From: Mobula hypostoma
Taxonomy: Eukaryota
Assembly (NCBI RefSeq): GCF_963921235.1
Contig: NC_086097.1
Span: forward strand, 234,734,001-234,798,000
Reading direction: 5' to 3'
Length of the DNA: 64,000 bases
Below the pieces are notes generated by a model. It was not told the origin of the DNA. It was given only the letters and a program-made list of their open reading frames with translations, and did no database searches. Within the stretch, counting starts at the first letter, position 1, and every line of letters starts with the position of its first letter. Both the position numbers and the translations under genes were made by a program. This document shows positions 1 through 13,810 of the stretch, piece after piece.

Positions 1-1220
1 TATTAGGGAGAGTCAACATGGCTTTGTGTGTGGTAGGTCATGTTTGACCAATCTATTGGAGTTTTTCGAGGAGGTTACCAGGAAAGTGGATGAAGGGAAG
101 GCAGTGGATATTGTCTACATGGACTTCAGTAAGGCCTTTGACAAGGTCCCGCATGGGAGGTTAGTTAGGAAAATTCAGTCGCTAGGTATACATGGAGAGG
201 TGGTAAATTGGATTAGACATTGGCTCAATGGAAGAAGCCAAAGAGTGGTAGTAGAGAATTGCTTCCCCAAGTGGAGGCCTGTGACTAGTGGTGTGCCACA
301 GGGATCAGTGCTGGGTCCATTGTTATTTGTCATCTATATCAATGATCTGGATGATAATGTGGTAAATTGGATCAGCAAATTTGCTGATGATACAAAGATC
401 AGAGGTGTAGTAGGCAGTGAGGAAGGTTTTCAGAGCCTACAGAGGGACTTAGACCAGCTGGAAAAATGGGCTAAAAAATGGCAGATGGAGTTTAATACAG
501 ACAAGTGTGAGGTATTGCACGTTGGAAGGACAAACCAAGGTAGAACATACAGGGTTAATGGTAAGGCACTGAGGAGTGCAGTAGAACAGAAGGATCTGGG
601 AATACAGATACAAAATTCCCTAAAAGTGGTGTCACAGGTAGATAGGGTCATAAAGAGAGCTTTTGGTACATTGGCCTTTATTAATCGAAGTATTGAGTAT
701 AAGAGCTGGAATGTTATGATGAGGTTGTATAAGGCATTGGTGAGGCCGAATCTGGAGTATTATGTTCAGTTTTGGTCACCAAATTACAGGAAGGATATAA
801 ATAAGGTTGAAAGAGTGCAGAGAAGGTTTACAAGGATGTTGCTGGGACTTGAGAAACTCAGTTACAGAGAAAGGTTGAATAGGTTAGGACTTTATTCCCT
901 GGAGCGTAGAAGAATGAGGAGAGATTTGATAGAGGTATATAAAATTATAATGGGTATAGATATAGTGAATGCAAGCAGGCTTTTTCCACTGAGGCAAGGG
1001 GGGAAAGAAACCAGAGGACATGCCAGATGAGGTGGTAAATGCGGGTTCTTTTTTAACATTTAAGAATAAATTGGATAGATACATGGATGGGAGGTGTATG
1101 GAGGGATATGGTCTGTGTGCAGGTCAGTGGGACTAGACAGAAAATGGTTCGGCACAGCCAAGAAGGGCCAAAAGGCCTGTTTCTGTGCTGTAGTTTTTCT
1201 ATGGTTTTCTATGGTTTTCT
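1..1220 (+). mobile_element. CR1 LINE 3' part: RT ORF 26-1030, 3' UTR and tail
   Basis: Motifs [28 protein letters not shown] and LVRPNLEY; (ttttctatgg)n tail near 1195-1220. Confidence 0.95.
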
Positions 1221-1224
1221 AACC

Positions 1225-1740
1225 TTTAAGTGGATGAATCTATGGATGATGTTTGCGCCAGATGGTATATCGGGCCGAGTACTAAAGATCAACTGGCTGG
1301 AGTATTTATGAACAAATTCGACCTCATGCTTCTGTAGTCAAAAGTTGTTTGTAAACGTATCTATTATCCTGTTGCCAAGAAGAGCTCAGTGAGATGCCTC
1401 AATGATTAGCATCGAGCAGTACTTACATCAACTATAATGAAGTGCTTCGAGAGTTTGGTTACGATGCAAATCAACTCCTACCTTAGAGCCGTCCAGGACT
1501 TGTTTCAATTTACCACAGGTCAACAGCAGGTGTACTTTCCTCTAGCATTTTGTGGGTGTTACTCTGGATTTCCAGCATCTGAAGAATCTCTTCTGTTTAT
1601 GATGTACTTTCTCTGCCACTTTACTCTGCTCTGGACCATGAGGACCATAGGGGCTTATACATCAAGACTGCTGTTTCTTGAATACAGCTTGGCGCTCTAT
1701 GTAATCATTTCATTCAAACACATTATCAAGCACCAACCCC
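1225..1740 (+). mobile_element. Degenerate Rex1/Babar LINE RT fragment
   Basis: MKCFESLV motif and similarity to the copy at 19362-20810. Confidence 0.6.
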
Positions 1741-1759
1741 GTCATCCAGTTTTTTTTTT

Positions 1760-2205
1760 TCCTTTCCCCCCCCTTCACCTGCAACTGGGTCCACTTCTCA
1801 TCACCCTTATTTTGCTCCTTTCCCATTTTCCCTTCATTTCTTATCATAATTTGCAGCTCTTTGTTGCCTCAAGATGTCAACTCCCAGCCTCTCTGCCATC
1901 TCTACTTTTCCCTCCCTCACCTGGCTCAACTGCCAATCAAATTCTCCTCAAATGGGGATTTGTCAGTTGCCAGCTTTTGCCCCACCCTTCATTAAACTGG
2001 CTATCACCTCTCTGCTCATTCAATACATATAAAGTGCCTCGGTCCAAAACATTGATTGTCCATTTCCTTGAACAGATTTTACACACAGAAAATGCTGGAG
2101 GAACTCAGCAGATCAGGCAGCATTGGAGAGGAGTAAAGAGTCAGTATTTCAGGCTGAGACCCTTCATCAGGATGTTGCCTGACCTACTGAATTCATCTAG
2201 CAGCT
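1760..2205. mobile_element. Degenerate PLE 3' region with an inverted hammerhead/tail hairpin
   Basis: Minus-strand ctgatgaagggtctcagcctgaaa at about 2139-2174, flanked by inverted tail sequences. Confidence 0.7.
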
Positions 2206-2814
2206 CTTTATTTTTGGTAGAGGAAGAACAGTAAGGAGATCCAGAGTGTGGGGATCAAGAGATAGAACTTAAAGATCATCAGAAGCAAGGGGACCTGAGG
2301 CAGGAAGGAAGGTGCCAGATATTGTCCCTGATCAGCATTGAGAGCCTCATCTCCAAGCTGGATGGTGCGGACAATGGGACTAGGCAGAATAACAGTTTGG
2401 TGCGTATTTGACTGGCCAAAAGGCCAGTTTCTGTGCCATTGTGTTCTATGGCGCTATAACTCTATGGGGGACATTGTCAGCAATAACATGTCTACAAAGT
2501 CATAGCCCTCAATGGAAGGCAAGTGAACTTCTTGTCACTTCAATCTCATGTACAGCATTGTACACTATAATAAGGTAGATGAGCCAGCACACAAAATCTC
2601 TCATTTTCGGCTTTGTAGTTCTGTCTATTTTGATTATACATGTGAATAAATAAACCTTTTGTCCAATTTCTTAAGTAGCTTGCTGCAACATCTTTTTATT
2701 TCCTAATGAGTGCACCTCATTTTAAAAACATAGATGTCTGAATAAAGTGTATGATGTAAAAACTGGTGAGCACAACTCCTTAACAAATCTTGAGAGCTCA
2801 TAATTTTTTTCTTT

Positions 2815-3030
2815 AAAAAAATTTAGAGATACAGCATGGTAACAGGGCCATTCTGGCCCAATGAGCTCAGTAACAGGCTCCTTGGGCCCAACAAGCCCAC
2901 ACTGGACAGTTACACCCACGTGACTTATTAACTGACTAAACTGAACATCTCTGGAATGTGGAAAGGAATGGAGAGGAAACACTTGAGGTCATGTGGAAAA
3001 CGTTCAAATTCTTTACAGACGGTGGCGAGA
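2815..3030 (-). mobile_element. tRNA-derived SINE
   Basis: Similar to copies at 50210-50360, 51030-51315, 56690-57075 and 62665-62870. Confidence 0.6.
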
Positions 3031-3039
3031 AATTTCTAC

Positions 3040-3201
3040 CTTGCTTGATGAGTGAGAGTCCTCCTGCCAGTCTTTTTTTCTTGAAGGGTTTGCCTGATCA
3101 CCTGAACTCCCTTCTGGACTATATCCAGAACAGGACTTTTGCGCTTCTTGAGTGACTCTGTGAGCCCTTTTCCTCGCCTTTGCAGCCTCTGCCGTATCCA
3201 T
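3040..3201 (-). CDS. Candidate first coding exon of an unidentified host gene (54 codons, MDTAEAAKARKRAH...SSSK)
   Basis: Kozak context gccATGg, open frame, AAG|gtagaa donor, non-repetitive sequence; no homology recognised. Confidence 0.35.
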
Positions 3202-3207
3202 GGCAAC
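3194..3207. promoter_or_regulatory. RFX-binding X-box
   Basis: GTATCCATGGCAAC (reverse complement GTTGCCATGGATAC) matches the 14-bp X-box consensus, in unique and relatively CpG-containing DNA. Confidence 0.55.
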
Positions 3208-5082
3208 TGCATTGCCCGAGCTGCTTAGTTGTCGGTGGGAGTAGGCATTAGTGGGCTGACTCCCATTTCCAATTGTTACATAGAAGTATGTTGGGAGAAG
3301 CAGAGACTGGGTCAGGCGTTGTAGAGAATCAAGCAAATAGCAGTTTAATGCTTGTTTCTAGGTGTAAAACCACCTCACAATTGTTTCATCATAGATTTTT
3401 AGCAGGAGATCCAAATGTGCATTTAGCACTAAATATTTCAGTGCTTCAAAAAGAGGTTTAATCCAATTTCTGTGCGTGGGGAACTTACATTAATGCTGTC
3501 CATTTCACTACAAGATTGTATTTCTCAACACAAACACGAGGAAATCTACAAATGCTGGAAATTCAAGCAACACACAAAATGCTGGTGGAACGCAGCAGGC
3601 CAGGCAGCATCTATAGGAATAGGTGTATTTCTCAAAATACAAGTTCAAATTTCAAATTAAATTTATCATCGAAGTACATATAGTATAAGTCACCATATTC
3701 TACTCTGAGATTCATTTTCTTGTAGGCATTCACAGTAGAACATAGAAACTCAACAGAATCAATAAGAAACCACACACAAACATAAAATGACAAATGAACA
3801 GTTTAAAACATGTGCAATTGAAAAATGAACAAGAAAATAATACTGAGATCATGAGTTGTTGAGTGCTTAAGTGTGAGTCTATAGGTTGTGGAATCTGTTT
3901 AGAGTTGAGTGAAGTTATCCATGTTGGTTCAGGAGCCTGGTGGTTGAAGAGTAATAATTGTTCTAGAATCTGGGTGGTGTGACCTAAGGCTCCTGTAATT
4001 CCTTCCTAATGGCAGCAGCGAGACGAGAGCATGGCCAGGATGGTGGGGGTGCTTGATGATAGGTGTCGCTTTCTTGCATAAACAAAGACTGACAAACGAC
4101 CAACCTGCAAAAGAAGACAAATTTTACAAATGAAAACAAAATACATATTTACTGAAAACAAGAGTTGTAGGGTCCTTAAAAATGAGTCTATAGGTTGAGT
4201 CTATAGGTTTCCTCTCCATTCAGAGTTGAGGTGACTGAAGTTACTCATGATGGTTCAGGATGTTGATGTTGGAAGGGTGGTCATTGTTGTCACCGATGGC
4301 AACAATGTTGTTTTCCCTCTCATCTTCTGGTACCATCTGTTCCTCTGGGCATTCGTACATCCACAACTGGTGCTGCAACCTCAGTAAGTTACTGACATGG
4401 TGATGTTTTAGCTGCCAGCAGTGATTGGTGGTACACGGTTCTCTCTTGTTCTGATCTACCTCAAGTGCTGATTGGTCTTTGAATTGAATTCAACTGAATG
4501 ATCTTTATTGTCATTCAAAGTACAGCTCTTATAATTGCCAGCAGTTATTATGACTTAAGAAGGACTAACTCGAAGGACGTTTGTGACCAGCTGTGATTTT
4601 AAAACAGTTTGAAGTTTCAAGGTTGTTTTTGCCAAGACTATTTTAATATGAATTCTAGATATATTCATTATCGACTGTCATGGGTGGAGTTGAGCCTATA
4701 TCTTTGCGTCAGCAGATTAGTGCTTTGATGATAGATTACTAATTTAACCTCTGCACTATGATAGAAATAGCTCCAGGCAAAACCTTCGAAGCAAGTGTGA
4801 AATCATATTTAATAAATGTGGGGCTCTGTAAATGCATGTGTAAGACTGAGTTTTAAGAAGCAGCATGATTCACAGATGAGAACCTCATGGACCTGCTGCT
4901 GCCAATCTCTTGCCCAACTGACCAATTACATCCCAACTGTATATGGTTGCCCCCTCTAAAGAAGATCACAGTTTGCGAAAACAGTTCAAAATTCAAAGTT
5001 TATTATCAAATTATGTATACATCACCACATACTACCCTAAGATTCATTTTCTTGCAAGCATTTGTAGACCAAAGACACACAA

Positions 5083-5384
5083 TACGAGGGGTGATTGATA
5101 AGTTCGTGGCCTAAGTTAGAAGGAATCAATTTTAGAAAACCTAGCACATTTATTTTTCCTACGTTTACACACTTAGTCCAGCGGCCTTTGAACATATGGA
5201 TCCCTTCTTTGTAGAAGTCGGCGACTTGGACCTCCAGAAGTGGTGCACAGCAGGGGTGATTGATAAGTTCGTGGCCTAAGATTGAAGGAGATGAGTTATT
5301 AACTTCAAACTTTCTGCATAATCACTTAAAGAGTTGAACTGCACGTGCATGTAACGAGAGCTGTATAACTCACCTTACCTTAGG
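5083..5384 (+). mobile_element. Mariner-type MITE, right end truncated
   Basis: Begins TA|CGAGGGGTGATTGATAAG; internal 29-bp repeat at 5087-5115 and 5252-5280. Confidence 0.7.
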
Positions 5385-6585
5385 AAAAAATGGATTAGCC
5401 ATGATGAAATAGCAGAGCAGACTTGATGAGCCTAATACCGCTTTTATGTTTCATTGTCATATGGAAAGAGGGAGGATTCAAAAATGAAACTTTGAGAGTA
5501 CAAATCTTGCACATGCCTGTCAACATAAAAGGAAAAGATAACAAGTATAGGGAACCCTCTTTTTGCAGGGGTATTGAGGGCCTGATTAAGAGTATAAAGG
5601 AGGATGCATAGCAGTTATAGGAAAGTAGGAACAAATGAGGTGCTTATGGAGTACGAGAAAGGCAAGAGAACATTTGAGAAAGAAATCAGGAAAGCAAAAA
5701 AAGGCATGAAGTTGCTCTATCAGGAAAGGTGAAGGAGAATCCTAAAGGATTCTACAGATATGTTAAGAGCAAAAAGATTGCAAGGAACAAAATTGGTGCT
5801 CTGGAAGACCAGGTTGGACATCCATGGGTCGAGCAAAAACAGATGGGGGAGATTTTAAACTAATTCTTTGCATCTGCATTTATTCAGGTGATGGATACAG
5901 AGTCTATAGAGTAAGGAAAAGTGCATCATCTTCATGGACATGGCACAGATTAAAGAGGAGGAGGTGTTTGTTGCCCTGATGCAAATCAGGCTGGATAAAT
6001 CTCCATGCTCTGAAAAGGCGATCCCTCAGACCCTATGGGAGGCAAGTGCAGAAACTGTGGGGCTCTAGCAGAGATATTTAAAACATCTCTAGCAACAGGA
6101 AAGGTATCAGAGGATTGGAGGATAGTCAACGTTGTTCCATTGTTTAAAGAAAGCTTTAAACAGAATCCAAGAAATTACAGGTCGGTGAGCCTGACATCAG
6201 TTGTGTGAAAGTTATTAGAAGGTATTCTAAGCAATGGGATATATAAATATTTGGTTAGACATGGTCTGATTAAGGACAGACAGCATGGCTTCGTGCGTGC
6301 TAGGTCACGTCTAACTAATCTTATAGAAGTTTTTGACGAAGTTGCCAGCAAAGTGGGTGAAGGCAAGACGGTGGATGTTGTCTACTTGGGCTTTAGTGAG
6401 GCATTTGACAAAATCCCGCATGAGAGGCTGGTGAAGAGGTTCATTCACTCGGCATTCAGGATGAGGTAGTAACTTGGATTAGACACTGGATTTGTAGGAG
6501 AAGACAGAGCGTGGTATTAGATGGTTGTCTCTGTGACTGGAGGCCTGCAAAGTGGTGTGCTGTAAGGATCAGTGCTGTGTACTTA

Positions 6586-9500
6586 GACTACAAAACCATA
6601 AGACCATAAGACATAGGAGCAGAAGTAGGCCATTCGGTCCATCAAATCTGCTCCACCATTCAATCATGGCCTGATCCAAATCTTCCAGTCATCCCCACTC
6701 CCCTGCTTTCACCCCATACCCTTTAACGCCCTGGCTAATCAAGAACCTGTCTATCTCTGCCTTAAATACGTCCAATGACTTGGCCTCCACAGCTGCTCAT
6801 GGCAACAAATTCCACAGATTTAGTACCCTCCGACTAAAGTAATTTCTCTGCACCTCAGTTCTAAAAGGACATCCTTCAATCCTGAAGTCGTGGCCTCCTA
6901 TCCTAGAATCTTCTACCATGTGAAATAACTTTGCCATATCTAATCTGTTCAGGCCTTTTAACATTCGGAATGTTTTTCTGAGATTCCCCCCCCCCCACCC
7001 CCGCATTCTCCTGAACTCCAGTGAATACAGTCCAAGAGCTGCCAGATGTTCCTCATACAGTAACCCTTTCATTCCTGGAATTATTCTCATGAATCTTCTC
7101 TGAAATCTCTCCAATGTCTGTATATCCTTTATGAAATAAGGAGCCCAAATCTGCACACAATACTCCAAATGTGGTCTCACGAGTGCCTTACAGAGCCTCA
7201 ACATCACAACCTTGCTCTTATATTCTATACCTCTAGAAATGAATACCAGCATTGCATTCACCTTCTTCACAGCAGACTCACTCTGGAGGTTAACCTTTAG
7301 GGTATCTTGCTCATGGACTCCCAGTCCCTTTGCATCTCTGCATTTTGAACTCTCTCCCCATCTAAATAATAGTCTGCCCGTTTATTTATTCCACCAAAGT
7401 GCATGTCCATACACTTTCCAACATTGTATTTCATTTACCAATTCTTTGCCTATTCCTCTAAATTATCTACGTCTTTCTATAGGCTCTCTGTTTCCTCAAC
7501 ACTACCCGTTCGTCCACCTATCTTTATATCATCGACAAATTTAGCCACAAATCCATTAACACCATAGTCCAAATCATTGACATACTTTGTAAAAAGAAGC
7601 CGCCCCAACACTGACCCCTGTGGAACTCTACTGGTAACCGGCAGCCAGTCACAATAGGATCCCTTTATTCCCACTCTCCGTTTTATGCCGACCAGCCAAT
7701 GCTCCACTCACGCTAGTAGCTTCCTTGCAATTCCATGGGCTCTTATCTTGCTAAGAAGTCTCATCTGTGGCACCTTGTCAATGGCTTTCTGAAAATCCAA
7801 GTACACCACGTCTACTACATCTCCTTTGTTTACCCAGCTTGTAATTTCCTCAAAGAATTGCAGTAGGTCTGTCAGGCAAGATTTTCCTTTCAGGAAACCA
7901 TGCTGGCTTTGGCCTATTTTCATTGCACAAACTTCACTACCCTGACACTCCTGAATGTAAAGTATACTGCAGATGTCTTCCACTGTGAAGACAGATCAAA
8001 ATATACATTCAGTTCCTCTGCCATCTCTGCATCTCTCATTACAATATCTCCAGCATCATTTTCTATTGGTCCTATATCTACCCTCCACTCTTTTTTTACC
8101 CTTTATATAGTTAAAAAAGCTTTTAGTATCCTCTTTGACATTAGTCGCCAGCTTCTTTTCATAATTCATCTTTTCCTTCTGAATGACCTTCTTAGTTTCC
8201 TTCTGCATGTTTTTAAAAGCTCCCCAATCCTCTATCTTCCCACTAGCTCTGGCTTCCTTGCATGCCCTCTCTTTTGCTTTTACTTTGGCTCTGACTTCAC
8301 TTATCAGCCACGGTAGTGTCCTTCTTCCCTTTGAAAATGTCTTCTTATTTAGAATATATCTGTCTTACACTTCCCTCATTTTTCGCAGAAACTCCAGCCA
8401 TTGCTGCCCTGCTGTCCTTCCTGCAAATGTCCCTTTCCAGTCAACTTTGGCCAGTTCCCCTCTCATGCCATTTTGATTTTCTTTATTCCACTGAAATACC
8501 GACACATTGGATATTATCTCAAATTTCAATGTGAACTCAATCATACTGTGATCACTGTTCCCTAAGGGTTCCTTAACTTTAAGCTCACTTATCACTTCTG
8601 GATCATTGCACAACACCCAATCCAGCCCAGCAATCCCCTAGTGGGCTCAACAACAAGCTGTTGTAAAAAGCCATCCCTTAGACATTCTACAAATTTTCTC
8701 TCTTGAGGTCCAGTGCTGACCTGGTTTTCCCAATCCACTTTCATGTCAAAATCCCCAACAATTATCATGATATTGCCTTCCTGACATGCCTTTTCTATCT
8801 CCTGCTCTAATTTGTAATCCACATCCCGGCTGCTGTTTGGAGGCCTGTATACAACTGTCACTAGGGTCCTTTTACCCTTGCCTTAACCCAACCCATAGAG
8901 ACTTTACACCTTCCAATCCCATGTCATCTCTTTCCACTAATTTAATATTATTTCTTATAAACAGAGCCACACCACTCCCTCTGCCTACTAACCCATCTTT
9001 CCGATATACCATATATCCTTGGACATTCAGCTCCCAATGGCCGCCATACTTTAGACAAGTTTCAAAGATGGCCACAATGTCATATCTGCCAATCTGTAAC
9101 TGAATTTCAAGATAGTTCATTTTATTTCTTATGCTGTGTGCATTCAAATATAACAGTTTCAGTCCAGTATTTGTTGCTTTCTGTTTTAGCTGCACCATGC
9201 CTCTATTGTCCTGTTACTCATCCCACTGGCTGTGATTATGCCTCAACTCCTGCCTGCTCTTTCTATAATCTCTGTTGCATGCTATCTTTGATTTATTTCT
9301 GTTTTCCCTTCCTCAGCCCTATCACTCCGGTTCCCATTCCCCTGCGAAATAAACCCTCCCTAACAGCTCTATTAAATGTGCCCGCTAGGGTATTGGACCC
9401 CTTTGGGTTCAGGTGTAACCCGTCCTTATTGTACAGGTCGTACCTCCCTCAGAAGAGGCTCCAGTGATCCAGGAATCTGAAGCCCTGCCCCCTATACCAG

Positions 9501-10040
9501 TCTCTCATACGCGTGATCATGCCATTCTTGCACTTGCTAACACATGGCACAGGCAGCAATCATGAGATTACTATCCTGGAGGTCCTGCCTTTGAGCTTCC
9601 TACCTAACTCCCTAAATTCTCTCTTCAGGACCTCCTCCCTTTTTCTACCTATGTCATTGATACTAACGTGTACCAAGACTTCTGGCTATTCACCCTCTCC
9701 CTTCAGAATACTCTGCACTCGATCCGAGACATCCCGTACCCTGGCACCTGGGAGGCAACACACCATGCAGTTATCTCTATCAGACTGACAGAACTTCCAG
9801 TCTGTTCCCCTCACTATGGAATTCCCTATGACTACCCCATTCCTCATCTTCCTCTTTCCCTTCTCCACCACAGAACCAGGCTCAGTGCCAGAGATCCGAT
9901 CGCCGTGGTCGTCCTCTGTCAGGTCACCCCACTCAACAGCATCCAAAAACTAGATAACGATTACTGAGGGGGATGACCACAGGGGGTGCTCTTTACTATC
10001 TGGGCTCTTCCCCTCGCTTCCCTGACCATCACCCACTAAT
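6586..10040 (-). mobile_element. Near full-length CR1 (ORF1 esterase, APE endonuclease, RT) with frameshifts and an internal deletion
   Basis: VIGNSIVRG...[48 protein letters not shown]; (tcttatgg)n tail. Confidence 0.92.
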
Positions 10041-10214
10041 CTCTGTTGTTTATCATCTGTATCAATGATCTGTATGATATTGTGATTAACTGGATCAGCA
10101 AATTTGCGGATTACACCAAGATAGGGGGTGTAGTGGACGGTGAGGAGGCTATCATGGCCTGCAGAGGAATCTGCATCAGCTGGAAAAATAGGGTGTAAAA
10201 TAGCAGATGGAATT

Positions 10215-10373
10215 TAAAAACAAGAGAAAATCTGCAGACGCTGGAAATCCAAGCAACACACAAATGCTGGAGTAACTCACCAGGCCAGGCAGCAAATATG
10301 AAAAAGGAAAAAACATTTGCCGTTTCGGGCCAAGACCCTTCACCAGGTCCAACTTGTGTGTATGTGTGTCAGT
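10215..10373 (-). mobile_element. Short PLE hammerhead-plus-tail insertion
   Basis: 11-bp TSD cagatggaatt at 10204-10214 and 10374-10384; degenerate hammerhead. Confidence 0.8.
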
Positions 10374-11647
10374 CAGATGGAATTCAGTGCAGACAAGTGC
10401 AAGATTTTGCACTTCAATAGGACCAACCAGAGTAGGTCTTACAGAGTGAATGGTAGGACACTTGAGTGTGTGGTAGAATAAAGAGAGCCTGGGAATACAG
10501 GTCGTTGAAGTGGTGTCACAGTTAGATAAGGTTCATAAAAAAAGCTTTGGCACATTGGCCTTCATAAATCAATCTATTTAGCACAGAAGATGGGATGAAA
10601 TGCTGAAGTTGTATAAGACGCTGGCAAGGCCTAATTTGGAGTATTGTGTGCAGTTTTGGTCACCTCCCTACAGGAAAGGTGTAAACAAGGTTGAAAGAGT
10701 ACAGAGAAAATTTACAAGAATGTTGCCGGGTCTGCAGGACCTGAATTTTAAGGAAAGATTAAGTAGGTTAGGACTGTGTTTTTTTGGAACATAGATTGAG
10801 AGATTTGATAGAGGTAAACAAAATTATGAGGGGTGCTAGATAGGGTAAATGCCAGCAGCCTTTTTCTACTGAGGTGGGACTACAACCAGAGATCGTCAAT
10901 TAGGGTGAAGGGTGAGAAGTTTAAGTGGAACATGGGGGGAATCTTCTTCTCTCAGAGTCGTGAGAGTGTGGAACGAGCTGCCAGCGCAAGTGGTGCATGT
11001 GAGCTTGTTTTCAACATTTAAGAGACTTTTGGATATCAGGGATATGGAGGCCAAGGTCCCGGTGCAGGTTGATGAGTGTAGGCAGTTCAAAAGTTCAAAA
11101 GTCAAAAGTTCATTTTATTACCAAAGTATGTATGCGGAATACAATGTTGAAATTTGTCTTCTCTAGATAGCCATAAAATGCAGAAAAGCATATGAGCATT
11201 GAAAGAAAGTCATCAATCCCCCCCCCGCAAAATTCACAAACCCCGAACAACCCCACCCCTCCCTCACACAAAAACTAACAGATTACCCAAACCCCCAACC
11301 GACCAATCTGCAACAAGAAAGAATGGGTGAGAACATAATAAAAAAAAATTAAATGATTTCAGGATGGATTAGATGGACCAAAGGGCCTGTTTTTTGACCT
11401 GTACTTCTCTACTACTCTGTGTATAGAGAAGTTGAGGAAAAAATTCCAAAAGTTTAGCTCAGTGAATGATTTATTCTTCTTATGCAATCTGTATTAACTT
11501 TAAAACTTTCTCTCTTAAAGTTTTTATGTTAGGGTTGTATTTCTTCCTTCAGAGTATTTTTTCAATCAAGATCAAGGTCAAGATTGTTTATTGTCATTTT
11601 TAGTATACCATTGTAAAGGAGAACAAAACGATTATAAATCTAGGTCT

Positions 11648-12110
11648 CAAACAAGAGAAAATCAGCAGATGCTGGAAATCCGAACAACACACACAAAACA
11701 CTGGAGGAACTCAGCAGGCCAGGCAGCATCTATGGAAATGAGTACAGTCAATGTTTCGGGCCGAGACCCTTTGGCAGGACTGGAGAAAAAAAGAGAAGTA
11801 GTTTCAAAAGCTGGTGGGGGGGGAGAAAAATACAAGGAGACAGTTGAAACAGGGAGGGAGAGGGATGAAGTAAAGAGCTGGGAAGTTGATTGTTGAAAGA
11901 GATATAAGGCCAATAGAAGAGGACAGAAGGCCATGGAAGAAAGACAAAGAGGGGAGGAACACCAAAGGGAGGCAATAGGCAGGCAAGGAGATAAAGCGAG
12001 AGAGGGAAAAGGGGATGAGGAATGGTGAAGGAGAGGGAGGGGGATTACTAGAAGTTTGAGAAATCGATGTTCCTGCCATCAGGTTGGAGGCTACCTTGAC
12101 GGAATATAAG
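11648..12110 (-). mobile_element. PLE 3' fragment with degenerate hammerhead
   Basis: Similar to 30849-31340; agtcctgccaaagggtctcggcccgaaacattgact on the minus strand. Confidence 0.85.
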
Positions 12111-13810
12111 GGATTATATATCACAACTCTCTGCTTTATATAAGTTAACCAATCTTCTATCCATGCTGATATATAACCCCCAACTCTGTGCATCCTCATC
12201 TTAAGGATATGTCTTTTATGCAGATCCTTATTGAATGTTTCTGGAAACCCAAGTAAATAATGTTCATTTCTTCCCCTCTATCCACTGCATACATTATATC
12301 CTCAAAGAACTCCAATAATTTTTCAAACAGGACCTGCCTTTGCTGAATCTGCCTGATGAATCCATTTCTTTCGAGATACCTCATTATTTCTTCTTTTATG
12401 ATAGCTTCAAACATTTTCCCAACAACAGATGTGAAACTAACTGGCCTATAGTTACATGCCTTTTGTCTACGTCCTTTTTTGAACAGTGGTGTGACATTCA
12501 CAGTCTTCCAATGCACCGGGACCTGGCCAGAGTCCAGAGAATTTTGGTAAATTATCATCAAAGCCTTCTATAACTTCTGCCATTTCTTTCAATACTTTGG
12601 GATGCATTCCACCAGAACCAGGGGAGTTATCTATCTTCAGGCCCACAAGTTTTCTTAGCACTACATCTTTAATGATAGCCATTGTATCGAGGTCCTCCCC
12701 TGGCATCACATCCATAACATCTCTCTTTTGTATGTTAGATGTGTTCTCCACCATGAAGACTGATACTAAATAGTCATTCAAAGCCTCTGCCACTTTGTCA
12801 TTACCCAATATCAATTCCCCCTTCTTGTCCTCCAAGGGACCAACATTCATTTCAGCCACCCTTTTCCACTTTATGTAAGTATAATAAGTGTACTATCCAT
12901 TTTTACATTTTGTGCTAGTTTATTTTCATAATCTAGATTCCCTTTCTTTATTGCTCACTTAGTGGTTCTTCGTTGCTTTTTAAAGTTTTCCCAGTCTTCC
13001 ATTTCCACTATTCTTGGCAACTTTGGATGAATGAGCTTTGAGTTTGATGCCTTCTTTTATTTCCTTAGTTATCCAAGGCTGGCTCTCCCTACCTTTACTG
13101 TTCTTGCTTTTAACTGGAATATACTTTTCTTGAGCACCGTGAAAAATCTCTTTGAAAGTCTTCCACTGTTCTTCAACCATCCCACCATACAGCCTGTGTT
13201 CCCGATCTACACTAGTCAAATCCTCCCTCATCCCATTGTAGTCTCCTTCATTTAAGCATAATACACTGGTTTTAGATCGAAATATTGCACCCTCCATTTG
13301 TATCAGAAACTCAATTATACTGTGATCGCTCTTTCCAAGAGGATCCCTAACTACAAGATCACTAACTTTACCTGTCTCATTGCACCAGACCAGATCTAAG
13401 ATAGCATGTTCCTTGCAGGTACAGTAACATGCTGTTCAAGAAAGCCATCATGGATGCATTCTATGAAGTCCTCCTCAAGACTGCTTCAACCAACTTGATT
13501 CACCCAATCTATGTGCAAGTTAAAGTATCCCATGATAACCGTTGTTCCATTCTTACATGCCTCAGATATATCTGTTTATTGCCTGTGCCACTGTAATGTT
13601 ATTATTTGTTTGCTGATATACAACTCCCATCAGTGACTTTTTTCCCTTTACTATTCCTAATCTCTATTCAGATGGATTCAACCTTCTGTTCCCTAGATCT
13701 TATATTATCCCTCACTATTGCCCTGATCGCATTTTTAATTAAGAGTGCTATCCCACCTCCCTTACCTTCCTATCTATCCTTCCGCATTACCAGATATTCT
13801 TGGATATTTA

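Larger units (their letters stand above)
5430..11085 (+). mobile_element. Degenerate CR1 split by nested insertions (pieces 5430-6585 and 10045-11085)
   Basis: RT motifs QHGFV and AFDKIPH stop at the QGSVL region and resume at about 10045; LARPNLEYCVQFW follows. Confidence 0.85.

Noticed and set aside
1437..2234. 265-aa ORF as a host gene
   Set aside because: It is a chance frame across Rex1 and PLE remnants.
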